52,391 nucleotides of DNA. Source: Octopus bimaculoides (lineage: Eukaryota). Below, piece by piece: positions 38,115 through 51,204 of this stretch. The notes beneath the pieces are model-generated. The model did not search any database. It was given only the letters and a program-made list of their open reading frames with translations, and was not told the origin of the DNA. The first letter of the stretch is position 1, and each line of letters begins with the position of its first letter. The position numbers and the translations under genes were made by a program. Location: assembly GCF_001194135.2 (NCBI RefSeq), contig NC_069006.1, positions 19,263,022 through 19,315,412 of the forward strand, written 5' to 3'.

Positions 38115-38428
38115 GAAAGAAATAAGATTGAAAAACACAAATTTGTTTTACAAGACAAAAGAATATATTAGAATCATAATAGCAAAAGTATTGTATAATA
38201 TTGTACAAGATAAGATTTTTTCTTCCAACATAATAACTGGTTTCGTTATTGCTTTTCACATTTTGAGTTTTGGATGAAATTCTGAATTAGAGATTGGGGA
38301 CTATGTTGGAAGGAAAAAAATCTTATTTTGTACAATATTGTGTAATACTTTTGCTATTATGATTCTAATATATTCTTTTGTCTTGTAAAACAAATCTTCT
38401 GTGTTTTTTCATCTTATTTCTTTCCATA
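38111..38428. mobile_element. AT-rich foldback MITE
   Basis: Arms 38111-38232 and 38302-38428 are reverse complements with few mismatches; spacer about 70 bp. Confidence 0.82.
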
Positions 38429-38997
38429 TATATTCAACCATGTGTAATCACCCACCATACTTTCTACCTTGTATGTATATATATATATATATATATACTT
38501 ACATATAGATAGATAAACAGATAGATAGATAGATGATGGGCTTCTTTCAGTTTCCATCTACCAAATTCACTCACAAGGCTTAGGTAGAAGGCTATAGTAG
38601 AAGACACTTGCCCAAAGTGCCACACTGTGGGACTGAACATAGAACCATCTGGCTGGGAAGCAAACTTCTTGCCATACAGCTAGACCTGCAACTATGAAAG
38701 AATGCAGACCAGCCACTGGTTCCTGAAACTTGGAGTCAAACTAGGGACTTTTAGATCTTCCATCTAACGCTTTCCCAACTGTATTACTTCAGCTGATTCC
38801 AGTTGTTTTTCTTTTTTTTAATTTCTTTCTACTTGTTTTTATCATTGGTCTGTGGTCATGTTGGGGCACTGCCTTGAAGGATTTAGTCTAGTTATGGGCA
38901 AACTGCAGCCAGCAATGCTTTCTGAATGGTCTGCCTAATTTCATGAGGAAAATAATGTTTATTCAAATTTTTATTCATCTTGTTTAATTCTCACTTG

Positions 38998-39047
<50 letters not shown>

Positions 39048-39382
39048 TTCTCTCTTATTGATCAAACTATGATCAGCATCAATGCTTTGCACATTTGCCG
39101 AAATAAGTTTGGGCCTTCTAAATACCTTCATGTACATTCAAATCGAGATAAAGAGTTATAACAGGTACGTTTCGAGCGTGGTAGTGTGGATATTTATATT
39201 TTGTGGTTTTATGAAATTTATGTTTAGTATATATGTATATATATGCACGCTCGCACACACACACACACACACACACACATGCGCATATTCTCAGTGATAA
39301 CTCTTTTAAATCACTGCTAAAGCATTTGACTTCCTCATAACAGCTAAAACAAACAACTGAATATGAACATGTTTCAAATAAT

Positions 39383-39420
<38 letters not shown>

Positions 39421-42400
39421 TTTTATTACATAGGCACAAGGTCACAAATTTGGTGGGGAGAGGGTATAGTCAATTAAATCAGCACCAGTATACAACTGGT
39501 ACTTTATTTTATTGACTCTGGAAAGATGAAATGCAAAGTTGACCAAGGTAGATACAAATCCAGAATGTAACAGGACAAACCCGAAGACATTTTTATATCT
39601 GGTTCTCTGTCAAATCTGCTTTCCATCACTCTTAGTATTATAATAATAATGATGATGATAATAATTATAATAATGGTAATAATAACAATGATAGTAACAA
39701 TGACAATAAAATAATGATAATAATAATAATTATGGTAATAACAATGATAATGATGATAATAATGATGATGATGATGATGATAATAATAATAACAATGGTG
39801 ATGATAATAATAATGATGATGATGATAATATAATAATTATTTTATTAATCACAAAGAGCCATAAGAGCGGTGATTAATTTTATTCTCTTTAGTTTTAAGT
39901 GGTGAATGAGAGGGAAATCTCCCTTGGGATAGGATACTAGGTGATTGGCAACTAACTGAAGCAATAGGAGAGTTAAATAAACTGTCTGAAAAACACAATG
40001 AAACAATTGGATCTAAACTTACAAGCATTGATCCGACAGTCGAAAAAATCTCATCCACGCAGCTATTTCACTTCTACTTGAATAGTGAAAGCTTCAGTAC
40101 AACAAAGAGTTCTGCCTATTTACAGCTAGGTGGACTCAGTCAGCAAGAGTTAAGTACCTTGGCCACTGGCAGGATGATGTCCATTAACATTTCAGAGTGC
40201 TGCTAGGACCCTGGAGTCAGCCAGTCATGACCCTACCTGAGTGAATGTAGGGTTAACATGGGTCATAAGTCCCACATTGGCTGGTACTGTCCATCAACCT
40301 TTCAGTGTGCTTGTAGGACCTTCAACCAACTCAGCCATTTATGACCCTGCTGTGGGCACACAGGGTTCACAACATGGGTTACAAATCCCACATTGGCTGA
40401 TATTGTTCCGACATNNNNNNNNNNNNNNNNNNNNNNNNNNNNNNNNNNNNNNNNNNNNNNNNNNNAAAATAACAGTTTCTTAAGGCTAAAGCACAAAGGC
40501 CCTATATTTTTAGGGAGGGAGAAGAAGGAAGAGGAAAATTGGCTGTTGTGAAGCTATTCATGACTTTCTTAGAAGAATTAGCAGTGTAAAGAAAGTATAT
40601 AAGCTTGGCTAAAAATTTGAAACCACAGCGTGGTCTGTACTCAGCAGTAGCAGCATTGGCTAGCCTCTTGCTTCACGATGCATACCACATATATGTCTCC
40701 ACTCACCAATAGCTAGCTTCTTGCTTTAAGCTGTTCATCACACTGGTTTGAACATAAACATGTAAAAATTTGTTGGCATTTTTTTTCTTTTTTGGTCTGT
40801 TTTAGTTTAAAATGTAGATATCTCCAGGAACCAGTGGCTGTTAGTGCGAGTTTCATGGCACAGAAAGCATAAGATAAATCTCATCCACTTCAGCATGACA
40901 CAAGACAATCGCAGGTAGCATTCATTCCCAGAAAGTCTGGTATCTATGTCTGTAAACTTTGGAATGAGCTGAGGCAATGTGGAATGTAGCATACTGCCAA
41001 AATACACAAGATGACTGCAGTGGATTAGAAATCATGACACTTTGGATTGTTAATCAAATGTCTAATACAGCCAGCCATTTTGTTTCTGTGTATATGGATT
41101 GTTTGTAAGGCTTTTGGGAAGTTTCCCCATGATTTTCTTTTTTTCTTTTTTTTTGTGGGGGTTTTGTTTCTTTCAGATAAACTTGTGGAGAGCTGTTAAA
41201 GAATTTCTATAGTTTTGGTTAGTGTCGTATATCTGCTGGCTTCAACTTTAACAGTCCTCCAGCGATTGTATAAAAAAAACATTGGTGATTTTATTTACTG
41301 ATATTACAAGTCTATATATGTCTAAGGAAATTGTACCATTTGTTACAATCAATATGAAGATAATAATGGGTCTGTATAATTTTAGTGAAAACAATAAAAA
41401 CTGGTTACAATAAAATAGTAACCAGTTAATGTCAAAAGAGATTTTGGGTTTTATTTTTTTGTTTTTAAATGCAATAACAACAATCTTACAAAAAGTTTTT
41501 TTTGTTTTCTTTTCTTGTGATTATAAAATATTGATTGGTAAAGATCAATGATAGATCAAGAAAATAGTATCTTTATTTAACAATCCATGAGAGTCTTGAT
41601 GCTGGTGTGACTGGGAATTGAACCCTTACAATCCGGAACAGGAAGTTGATTGAAATGGCACCGCATAGCTTCTGCTATCAAATCAAATGAGTAGAGTTAG
41701 TTGTTTTGATGGTTTCAGGTTTTTAAAAAAAATTTTTCATTTTCTTCTTTTTTTTTTCTTTGTGTGTTAATGACTGATTAGGCACATGAAGGCCCTATTT
41801 TCTTTTTTTTTTTTTTTCCAGTTAAGGGAAGAAACAGGAGAAATGGGTAGTTGCAATGTTCATGCTTTTCTCAAGGCCCTCCATCAGTGGGATAGAAACC
41901 ACATTGCTATCTTAGCTAAACCCCTGCTCTGCAGCACTCTACAGCACTCTTTGATGAAACAGATATGAAATGAGCCGGTGTTTTTTTGGCAATGAATCTC
42001 TACAAACTTCCGGGCAGCAGCAAGCCTTGATGAGGTAGGTTTGATTGAATTTAATAAAAACACAGTATTTTCCCTTGAACATTAAACAATGGTGTTTGAT
42101 CTTCACATTTGTTAAAAAAGTTCTCTCATCAAAACCAAAAAAAATCTATACATGAGGCAGTGTTATTAAGTATTAATAATCAAATGATATATTGCAAATC
42201 ATAGCATTATTGTTATTATCTGTTTTATTGTTTTTTTAAAGGAGGGCAAACACCTTAAAAAAGATGGGAAAAATTTATAATCTAAAATACTTTTTTGTCA
42301 TGGCTTTCATGTGTTATGCTTTAAACAATCTTAACTATGGAATGAATCTGAAGATAGCTGAAATCTTTTACACATTAATGGAAACACTGTTATAAAGATC

Positions 42401-43499
42401 TATTAAATGTACACATCAAAGTAGAAATGAGAAAATTTGTAAATGTGGAACAAGCATGGGTCTTGCTTATAATAATAACAACAGTAATAATAATTGTTCT
42501 ATTAAAAATTATAAAAGTTATTATTAATAGCATCATTTTATTATTATAAGTATTATTTCATTGTTGTTATCAAATAAATGAAATCGTTATGTCCCTTTTA
42601 GCATGTTTTTCTCCTGCAACATCAAACTGAACCTCATTTGTTTCAAATGCATACAGTGTGTATATGTTTGCATGTATGTGTGTAAATCTGTTTCATATAT
42701 TCAGTTTAGGGAGAGGAACCCTACATAGAATGTCTGTTGTATCTACTAATGTTATGTCTTGTAAAGTTTGTGTGTCTAGTTGTTTGATATCTAGCATCTT
42801 GCATAGGTTTACTTTTTCTCTAACATACTTTAACTAGTCTAAATCTCTGGAGATAAAGGAAAGCTTTTACTCCATCCCTTCAGTTGTTTCACATTTACCC
42901 CTAAGACCTTACATTTTGAAACTTCATCAACAGGTAAGAAGGTATTTAGAATAACAATGTCTAGCTGGTTATTCTTAACTCACTTATTTGTTTACTCAGG
43001 AATGTCTCAAAGTATTGTAATCAGGGTGTTTTTTGCAATAGTTTTTTTTTTGTTTTTTTTGTTAAGTGCTTCAATCTTTTAAGTACTGGCATATATCTGT
43101 TCCATCACAATATTTTAGTGCCATCTGCTGCAGATGTATCTCAGTTGCACACAAATTGGTTCAAACTGTTTTATGTGACATAATGTGTGGGTGGGGAGTG
43201 CAGAGTGTGTGAGTCACACAGGGTGGCCACTTTATATATGTTCAAGGAAGCAGATGGCCAATTGGCTCCCACTAGAGAAGACCAAAAACCCTGCACTATG
43301 GCATAATGTTTCTAGTATTGCATTTGTGCATGCGTGTGTGTGTGTGTGTGTGAAAGAGAGAGAGAGGTACTGTATTTTTATAAGATGATATACAGAAGAT
43401 TTGTGATGGTGAGAATGCAATGAAGCAAGCAATACTAGTTAGCATGAACAACAGAATTGAGAGACAATTTGGCAATCAGAAGAATCCGATGTAGATGTA

Positions 43500-43695
43500 G
43501 AGTATATAAGCGAGGAAATTGTGTCAGTAAAGACATGTGATGCACAAGAAAAATGTCGGATGAAACCAGTGGAAGGTGGGAAAACCCAGGAAGACATGGG
43601 ATAATGTAGTGAAGATGACTTATAATGAAGATGAACTCCCAAAGATGAAGACAAAGAAATGTGATGGTGATGACACCCAGCGCTAGAGAAGACTT
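43500..43695 (+). mobile_element. Degenerate RTE LINE ORF2 3' end
   Basis: Reads ...VKTC...VEGG..PRKTWDNVV..., resembling the RTE C-terminal GRPRKTW.EVV..D motif. A similar remnant lies at about 15905-16010. Confidence 0.55.
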
Positions 43696-44962
43696 GCCAA
43701 ACCCACATTATTCTGTGGGGAGGAAAGGGCCAGTTTCCTGGTTTCTCTGGCATACGTATTCCTCCCTGGATGGGATGCTGGTCTATCACAGAATTACCCA
43801 TTTTTACCAGCTGAGTGGACTGGAGCAATGTTAAATGAAGTGTTTTGCTTAAGAACACAATGCACCTTCTGGTCCAGGAATTGAAACCACAATCTTACAG
43901 TCATGACTCCAACACCCTCACCACTAAGCCAGCAAGCATGGCAAAATGCTCATTAAATGGAGGCGGTGTGATATTTATTCTTGGGTCTCTAACCATTATA
44001 TTTCTGTTAAGTCTATGCTATCCCTTTTTTGACCTTCTCACCTATTGCTCATCATCTCTCCTATTTACTGCCCCATGCTACCTGTACAACAAAGAATTAT
44101 ATTGAGTCAGTCTATATTCAATCTCCTCTCCATCGTTTATTTCTGTCACTCTACCTCTCTCCCTTCACAGTAGATTGGATCAGACCCAGCTATATATAAC
44201 AGACACAGACAACCTCTTTCAAGAAGTGGGCCACACATGCCATGGCTTTATCTTCAGGCAGGCCACACCACTAAAGAAATTGGAGGTAATTTTTCACTAG
44301 GTATGCTGTTCGGAAAATCCCACAGGCTTGCAGGGTAACCATGGCTGATACGGATTCACCCTACTGTTACCCTTCTTTATTGTTAACCATCGTTCTCTTC
44401 CTACACCCTCCCCCCCACTCTCTCTCTCTTTCTCTCTTACACTTTACTTCTCAGTGACATCCACAATTATCACTTACCATTGGCATCTCTATTGCCACCC
44501 ATCACCTATCTGTAGTGCCATCCTTCAGTTCTTCATTCTGTCTCACATTTCTCCCTCTCCTAACACTTTGTTGGCATAGATCTTACTGCTACTCATTGCT
44601 CACTTCGAGCCTTTTTCCTCTTTCACATTACTCCCCACCCCCCACCCATATCACTGTCATTTCCCTTTCACTTCCACTACTCCTCCTATCACCACTCTGT
44701 CTTCCTCACTAACATGAAGCCATCTCTCACCATCCCTTTCATTACTCCTGCCCTTACCATTCTCTTTCCTATCACTCTCTTTTCCTTCCCCACATTCCTT
44801 TACTCTCATGTGGCTGTTTGGTAAGAAACCTGCTTTTCAACCACATGGTTCCGGGTTCAGTCCCACTGCGTGGCACCTTGGACAAGTGTTTTGTACTATA
44901 GCCTCGGGCTGACCAAAGCCTTGTGAGTGGATTTGGTAGACGGAAACTGATAGAAGCCTGTT

Positions 44963-45007
<45 letters not shown>

Positions 45008-46410
45008 ACTCCATGACACTGGTGTTGGTGAGTTTATGTCCCTGTAACTTAGCAGTTCAGCAAAAGAGACCAATACAATAAGTACCAGGCTTAAAAAAAA
45101 ACAATTGGTGTCGATTCATTCAAATAAAAGTTCTTCAAAGCAGTGCCCCAGCATGGCCACAGTCTAATGACTCAAACAAATAAAAAATATAAAGAAAATA
45201 CATCTGCTCAGTTGAGTTTGCCTTGAAAAAGAAGGGACAACTTAGTGAGGGCTCTTTGGTTCTGTAGGGAAAACAATGCAGCCTTTCTAGCACTGATATA
45301 CTCTGGGAAGGTGCATGGCTTAGTGGCTAGGGGATTTGGCTCATGACTGTGAGGTTAAGAGTTCAGTTCCCAGCAGTACAATAGGTCCAAGACACTTTAT
45401 TTCTTGTTGAGCTTCAGTCCATTCAGCTGGCAAAACTGAATTGTTTCTGTAATTCAAAGGACCAGCCTTGTCACACTACTCTGTGTCATTTCGAATCTCC
45501 CTGACAACTACGTTAAGGGTACACATGTCTGTGGAGTGCTCAGCCACTTGCATGTTAATCTCACAAGCAGGCTGTTTGGCTGATCATATCAACTGGAACA
45601 CTTGTTACCATAACTGACAGAGAACCAGGCCATATTCTAGCATCTGGTACATTCTGTAAAGCTGGTAAATGAATGAAGACAACATAGGGTAGAAATGACT
45701 TTTGTTGAGAACATGAGACCTTGCTGTTGGTATCAAACAGAGCATCCAACCTTAGAAATCATGCCAAGAATGGAATATATGAGTTAGATGCTATCATCTG
45801 ATCACTCAGGGAATCTATGAACTGGCTTGTACTGCAACAGTACCGAGTCATTCAACCCATGCCAGCATGGAAAGTGAACATAAAAGGATGATATTTTGGA
45901 ACATAGGACCAGCCAGATGGTAATTCCTCTGAAGAGTGGTGCATGATCTGCTTGAAATCCCAGCTTGTTTTAGATGGTGGGGCTGGAGTGACTCTGCTGA
46001 TTGTCATCGGAGTGGAAGTTATGCATTGTTGGCACATGCTCTGATAGCATGCAAGCTTGTCTCTTGGTAGAGTATATCCTGGTGGCATGACTAATGTAAT
46101 GAGAATCGATGTCAAATTGCATCTTATTGTTTTTCAAAAACAAGAGAGAAAGAAAGGAAGGACAATGAAAGAAAATAAACATAGTTTATAGGTGCAGGCA
46201 TGGCTGTGTGGTGGTAAGAAGCTTGCTTCCCAACCACATGGTTCCAGGTTCAGTCCCATTGCATGGCACCTTGGGCAAGTGTCTTCTACTATAGCTTCAG
46301 GCTGACCAAAGCCTTGTGAGTGGATTTGGTAGACAGAAACTGAAAGAAGCCTGTTGTGTGTGTGTGTGTTCATGAGAGCTTGTGTGTGTATGTGTGTATG
46401 TATGTATGTG

Positions 46411-46442
<32 letters not shown>

Positions 46443-48009
46443 ATGTGTGNNNNNNNNNNNNNNNNNNNNNNNNNNNNNNNNNNNNNNNNNNNNNNNNNNN
46501 NNNNNNNNNNNNNNNNNNNNNNNNNNNNNNNNNNNNNNNNNNNNNNNNNNNNNNNNNNNNNNNNNNNNNNNNNNNNNNNNNNNNNNNNNNNNNNNNNNNN
46601 NNNNNNNNNNNNNNNNNNNNNNNNNNNNNNNNNNNNNNNNNNNNNNNNNNNNNNNNNNNNNNNNNNNNNNNNNNNNNNNNNNNNNNNNNNNNNNNNNNNN
46701 NNNNNNNNNNNNNNNNNNNNNNNNNNNNNNNNNNNNNNNNNNNNNNNNNNNNNNNNNNNNNNNNNNNNNNNNNNNNNNNNNNNNNNNNNNNNNNNNNNNN
46801 NNNNNNNNNNNNNNNNNNNNNNNNNNNNNNNNNNNNNNNNNNNNNNNNNNNNNNNNNNNNNNNNNNNNNNNNNNNNNNNNNNNNNNNNNNNNNNNNNNNN
46901 NNNNNNNNNNNNNNNNNNNNNNNNNNNNNNNNNNNNNNNNNNNNNNNNNNNNNNNNNNNNNNNNNNNNNNNNNNNNNNNNNNNNNNNNNNNNNNNNNNNN
47001 NNNNNNNNNNNNNNNNNNNNNNNNNNNNNNNNNNNNNNNNNNNNNNNNNNNNNNNNNNNNNNNNNNNNNNNNNNNNNNNNNNNNNNNNNNNNNNNNNNNN
47101 CCCCCCCCCCCCCGAACCCTATATCTGAGTGCTGAGTTGACAGTAGAAAGCATTGTCAGCTCAACACCCAGATAATATGGAGCCAGGTAATGTAGAGTTA
47201 GTTCATGAAATGAAAGGCTAAAAGTCTGAAGGGCTTGGTGAGGCAGGAATATGGGAGGGTACAGTTCAATAGAGGTGGATGTGAAATTGCAGCAAAATTC
47301 ACTATGTTGTATTTGGTTGACATTGGTTTTAGGGAATGTAGCAGAACAGTGATTGGCAAACTGAGGAAGTAAGTAGAAAAGGCTGCATCATGGAAATGAT
47401 AGACACATGTGAGAGGGAAAGACCAAAGTGAAGAGCAAAGGATAGATTCTTTAGTGAGTTGTAAAACATAGTTACTGCATGGTTGGTGTTGTTGCAGCTG
47501 GTTTGGTATGGTGACTGTATATGTATTGGAAAGAGAAAAGCAATCTACAGCTTGGACCCACAAGAGACAAGATATTCTCTGGCAGCACTGATTGTGCTCA
47601 GAATCACTGGAGAAAGAGAGAGAGAGAGCGAGAGTAAAGTTGCTGGAAGGTGCTGAAGTTGTTGTGACCTCCAATCAGGAGGAGATGAAACAAATCTCCC
47701 ACAGTGCAGTGTGTGTATGTAGGTATGCAAGGTAACTGTATGTGTGCATGCGTGTATGTGTGTGTGTATATAAGCACATGTATGTATGCATATGAATGTA
47801 TATGTGTGTATGTATATGGAGTTCAGGTAATATCATACTTGATGACATAAGATAATACGTATATACATGTCAAAACCATGAGGAACAATTCTCAACTAGT
47901 TTTTTTTATCAAACTCTTGTGCTCTAAACTTCCATAACATTCAATGTTTAAATATATAAATATTACAATCTGACCTCACCAGTTATTTGCCTGTTTGTAT
48001 CTTTATTCT

Positions 48010-48054
<45 letters not shown>

Positions 48055-48056
48055 GC

Positions 48057-48093
<37 letters not shown>

Positions 48094-48354
48094 NNNNNNN
48101 NNNNNNNNNNNNNNNNNNNNNNNNNNNNNNNNNNNNNNNNNNNNNNNNNNNNNNNNNNNNNNNNNNNNNNNNNNNNNNNNNNNNNNNNNNNNNNNNNNNN
48201 NNNNNNNNNNNNNNNNNNNNNNNNNNNNNNNNNNNNNNNNNNNNNNNNNNNNNNNNNNNNNNNNNNNNNNNNNNNNNNNNNNNNNNNNNNNNNNNNNNNN
48301 NNNNNNNNNNNNNNNNNNNNNNNNNNNNNNNNNNNNNNNNNNNNNNNNNNNATG

Positions 48355-48389
<35 letters not shown>

Positions 48390-48441
48390 AGAGAGAAATA
48401 GATACATGATGTGTGTGTGTAAGTTTTGTTTATATGTATGC

Positions 48442-48474
<33 letters not shown>

Positions 48475-48816
48475 ATGGTGCAACTCTCAGTGGTTAGTGT
48501 CTTAGGTTTGCAATTGGGAGGTTGTGAGCTTGACTCCCAGACTGGGATGTGTGTTGTATTCTTGAGCAAGACACTTTATTTCACATTGCTCCAGTCCACT
48601 CAGCTGTAGAAATGAGTTGTGACATCACTGGTGCCAAGCTGTCTCTGCCTTGTCTTTCCCTTGAACAACATTGGTGACATGAAGAAAGGAGAATGGTATG
48701 CATGGCTGACTGTTGGTCTTCCATAAGCAACCTAACCTTGTTTGGACTTATGCTTCAGAGGGGAACTTTCATGGGAACAATCCCATGACCCTTCATGACT
48801 GAAGGGGATCTTTACC

Positions 48817-48849
<33 letters not shown>

Positions 48850-49179
48850 TGTATGCATGCATGCATGCATGTATGTATGGATGTATAGATGTGTGTGCAT
48901 ATGATGTGATTGTGTCTAAAATGTGTCAAATTTTTCAATTTATACCACTTGGTCAAGGTAGGAAAGGCAGAGTTCAAGGGCTTTTATTATTTTAGGGCCT
49001 GCATGACTGACAAAAAGAAGGTAGGAACTTAGCCTTAAGTCAGAGATCTGACCCAAACCTTTGCAATAGAATAAACTTTTTAAAAGGAGTAAAAGTCCTG
49101 ATGCAAATATATGTTTTTCCTTTATTTCTCTGCGAGCTGATCATTTCTAAAATAAACCAACTGAGGTTAGTATGTGTTA

Positions 49180-49214
49180 CTGATGAGACCTAAAAAGGTT
49201 GAAACAAGTCAATA
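49180..49214 (+). ncRNA. Minimal type-I hammerhead ribozyme-like motif with intact catalytic core
   Basis: CUGAUGA GACC-uaaaaa-GGUU GAAA C-aa-GUC aaua; all invariant core nucleotides are present, but stem I is imperfect. Confidence 0.6.
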
Positions 49215-49673
49215 GCTTCCACCAACTAGCCTTAAGATCTACTCTTAACTGCATCATGTTCATGTCCTAAAAATTTTGATAGGCTGATATTGTAGGAATT
49301 GCCCCCCCCCCCCTGCTGCGCTTAGACCATAAACACTCATAGCAAGAATTTTATTTTGTGAATGCAAGTATAATCTTGGCCAATTGATGTTTTCATCTTC
49401 CTTGCATTACAAATGTGTGGTATATATAAATATACATTAGATACACACTCACACACAAATTATATGTGTGTGTGTGTGTGTGTATATATCTATACATATA
49501 TTTTATATATACATTTGTACTATATATTTGTACATATTTATGTGTATGTTTATATGTCATTGTCATGCATTATTTAATATATACTTATATATATATGCCT
49601 ATTTATATGTATATTTATATTTTGCATGTGTGTGTGTGTTTGAATGTATACATATATTTCTCATTGCATGTTC

Positions 49674-49713
<40 letters not shown>

Positions 49714-49936
49714 TAATGTCATTATTACCATTGTGACATGTAACATCCAAGACTAAGACTTCCAAATGAACCTGTTTTTTTTATGTCATAATAAAAACAA
49801 TATTGCATTAATCTGATGGATTACTCTATACTTTTGTAAAGCACGAATTTATTATTCTCAAACAAGAATGTTGTTGACAGTGACTTCAAAGTTCAGCCAG
49901 TTAAGCTATTATCCAACATTCTTGTTTAAGAATAAC

Positions 49937-49994
<58 letters not shown>

Positions 49995-50367
49995 NNNNNN
50001 NNNNNNNNNNNNNNNNNNNNNNNNNNNNNNNNNNNNNNNNNNNNNNNNNNNNNNNNNNNNNNNNNNNNNNNNNNNNNNNNNNNNNNNNNNNNNNNNNNNN
50101 NNNNNNNNNNNNNNNNNNNNNNNNNNNNNNNNNNNNNNNNNNNNNNNNNNNNNNNNNNNNNNNNNNNNNNNNNNNNNNNNNNNNNNNNNNNNNNNNNNNN
50201 NNNNNNNNNNNNNNNNNNNNNNNNNNNNNNNNNNNNNNNNNNNNNNNNNNNNNNNNNNNNNNNNNNNNNNNGTTGGCCATGTCCAAGGGTGTATTAGGCT
50301 TTAGGGGACAGTGAGTGGTTCAGTGAGATAACAATTAATATACTAAATTTTACCTATAGTAGTAATT

Positions 50368-50579
50368 CTTTTCTACTCTAGGCACAAGGCCCGAAATTTT
50401 GGGGGAGGGGTCCAGTCGATTAGATTGACCCCAGTACACAACTGGTACTTAATTTATTGACCCTGAAAGGACGAAAGGCAAAGTCGACCTCGGCGGAATT
50501 TGAACTCAGAACGTAAAGACAGACGAAATACTGCTAAGCATTTTGCCCGGCGTGCTAACGTTTCTGCCAGCTCACCGCC
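50368..50579 (-). mobile_element. Full-length SINE family A with target-site duplication
   Basis: ttacctatagtagtaatt is repeated exactly at 50350-50367 and 50580-50597. Confidence 0.92.
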
Positions 50580-50933
50580 TTACCTATAGTAGTAATTATA
50601 TTCTACATGATAAAACTAATAATGGTTATTAAAATAAAATAGAGGTAAGTAATGCGCTGCTATTTCTAGCAGGTTGAGCAACTATATAGAATCTACACAG
50701 TTCATGACTTGATATTGAAAATTTAGCTAGATTTCATCAGGCACAAGCAAATAATTAACTTGCAATTATAAAATAAATTTTAGAATTTTTTGTCTTTATT
50801 AATTTTTTATCTTTTCACTGTTAAAAGCTTATACAATCCATTTTTAGTGTAAACTTTATAAACTATCATCCATGTTAGGTTAGTTTAGTCATGATACCTC
50901 ACTTTCTACTTAGGTGGGTGCTAGGTATAATAT

Positions 50934-51140
50934 TTGCCTTTATTGCCCACAGGGGGCTAAACATAGAGGGGACAAACAAGGACAGACAAAGGGATTAAGT
51001 CGATTACGTCGACTCCAGTTCGTAACTGGTACTTTATTTATCGACCCCGAAAGGATGAAAGGCAAAGTCGACCTTGGCGGAATTTGAACTCAGAACGTAA
51101 CGGCAGACGAAATACCACTAAGCATTTCGCCCGGCGCCTT
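50934..51140 (-). mobile_element. SINE family A variant (different tail, head deletion) with target-site duplication
   Basis: gtgctaggtataatat is repeated at 50918-50933 and 51141-51156. Confidence 0.9.
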
Positions 51141-51204
51141 GTGCTAGGTATAATATCTATCCAAACAGATAAGGGTGCTACAAAAATGGTTAAGAACCTT
51201 TAAT

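Noticed and set aside
39165-39185. gctcgaaacgtac half-hammerhead on the minus strand
   Set aside because: There is no CUGANGA partner nearby.
45900-47700. Minus-strand frames (70-158 aa) faintly suggestive of Penelope RT/GIY-YIG remnants
   Set aside because: No diagnostic motif could be read with confidence; a translated profile search is needed.
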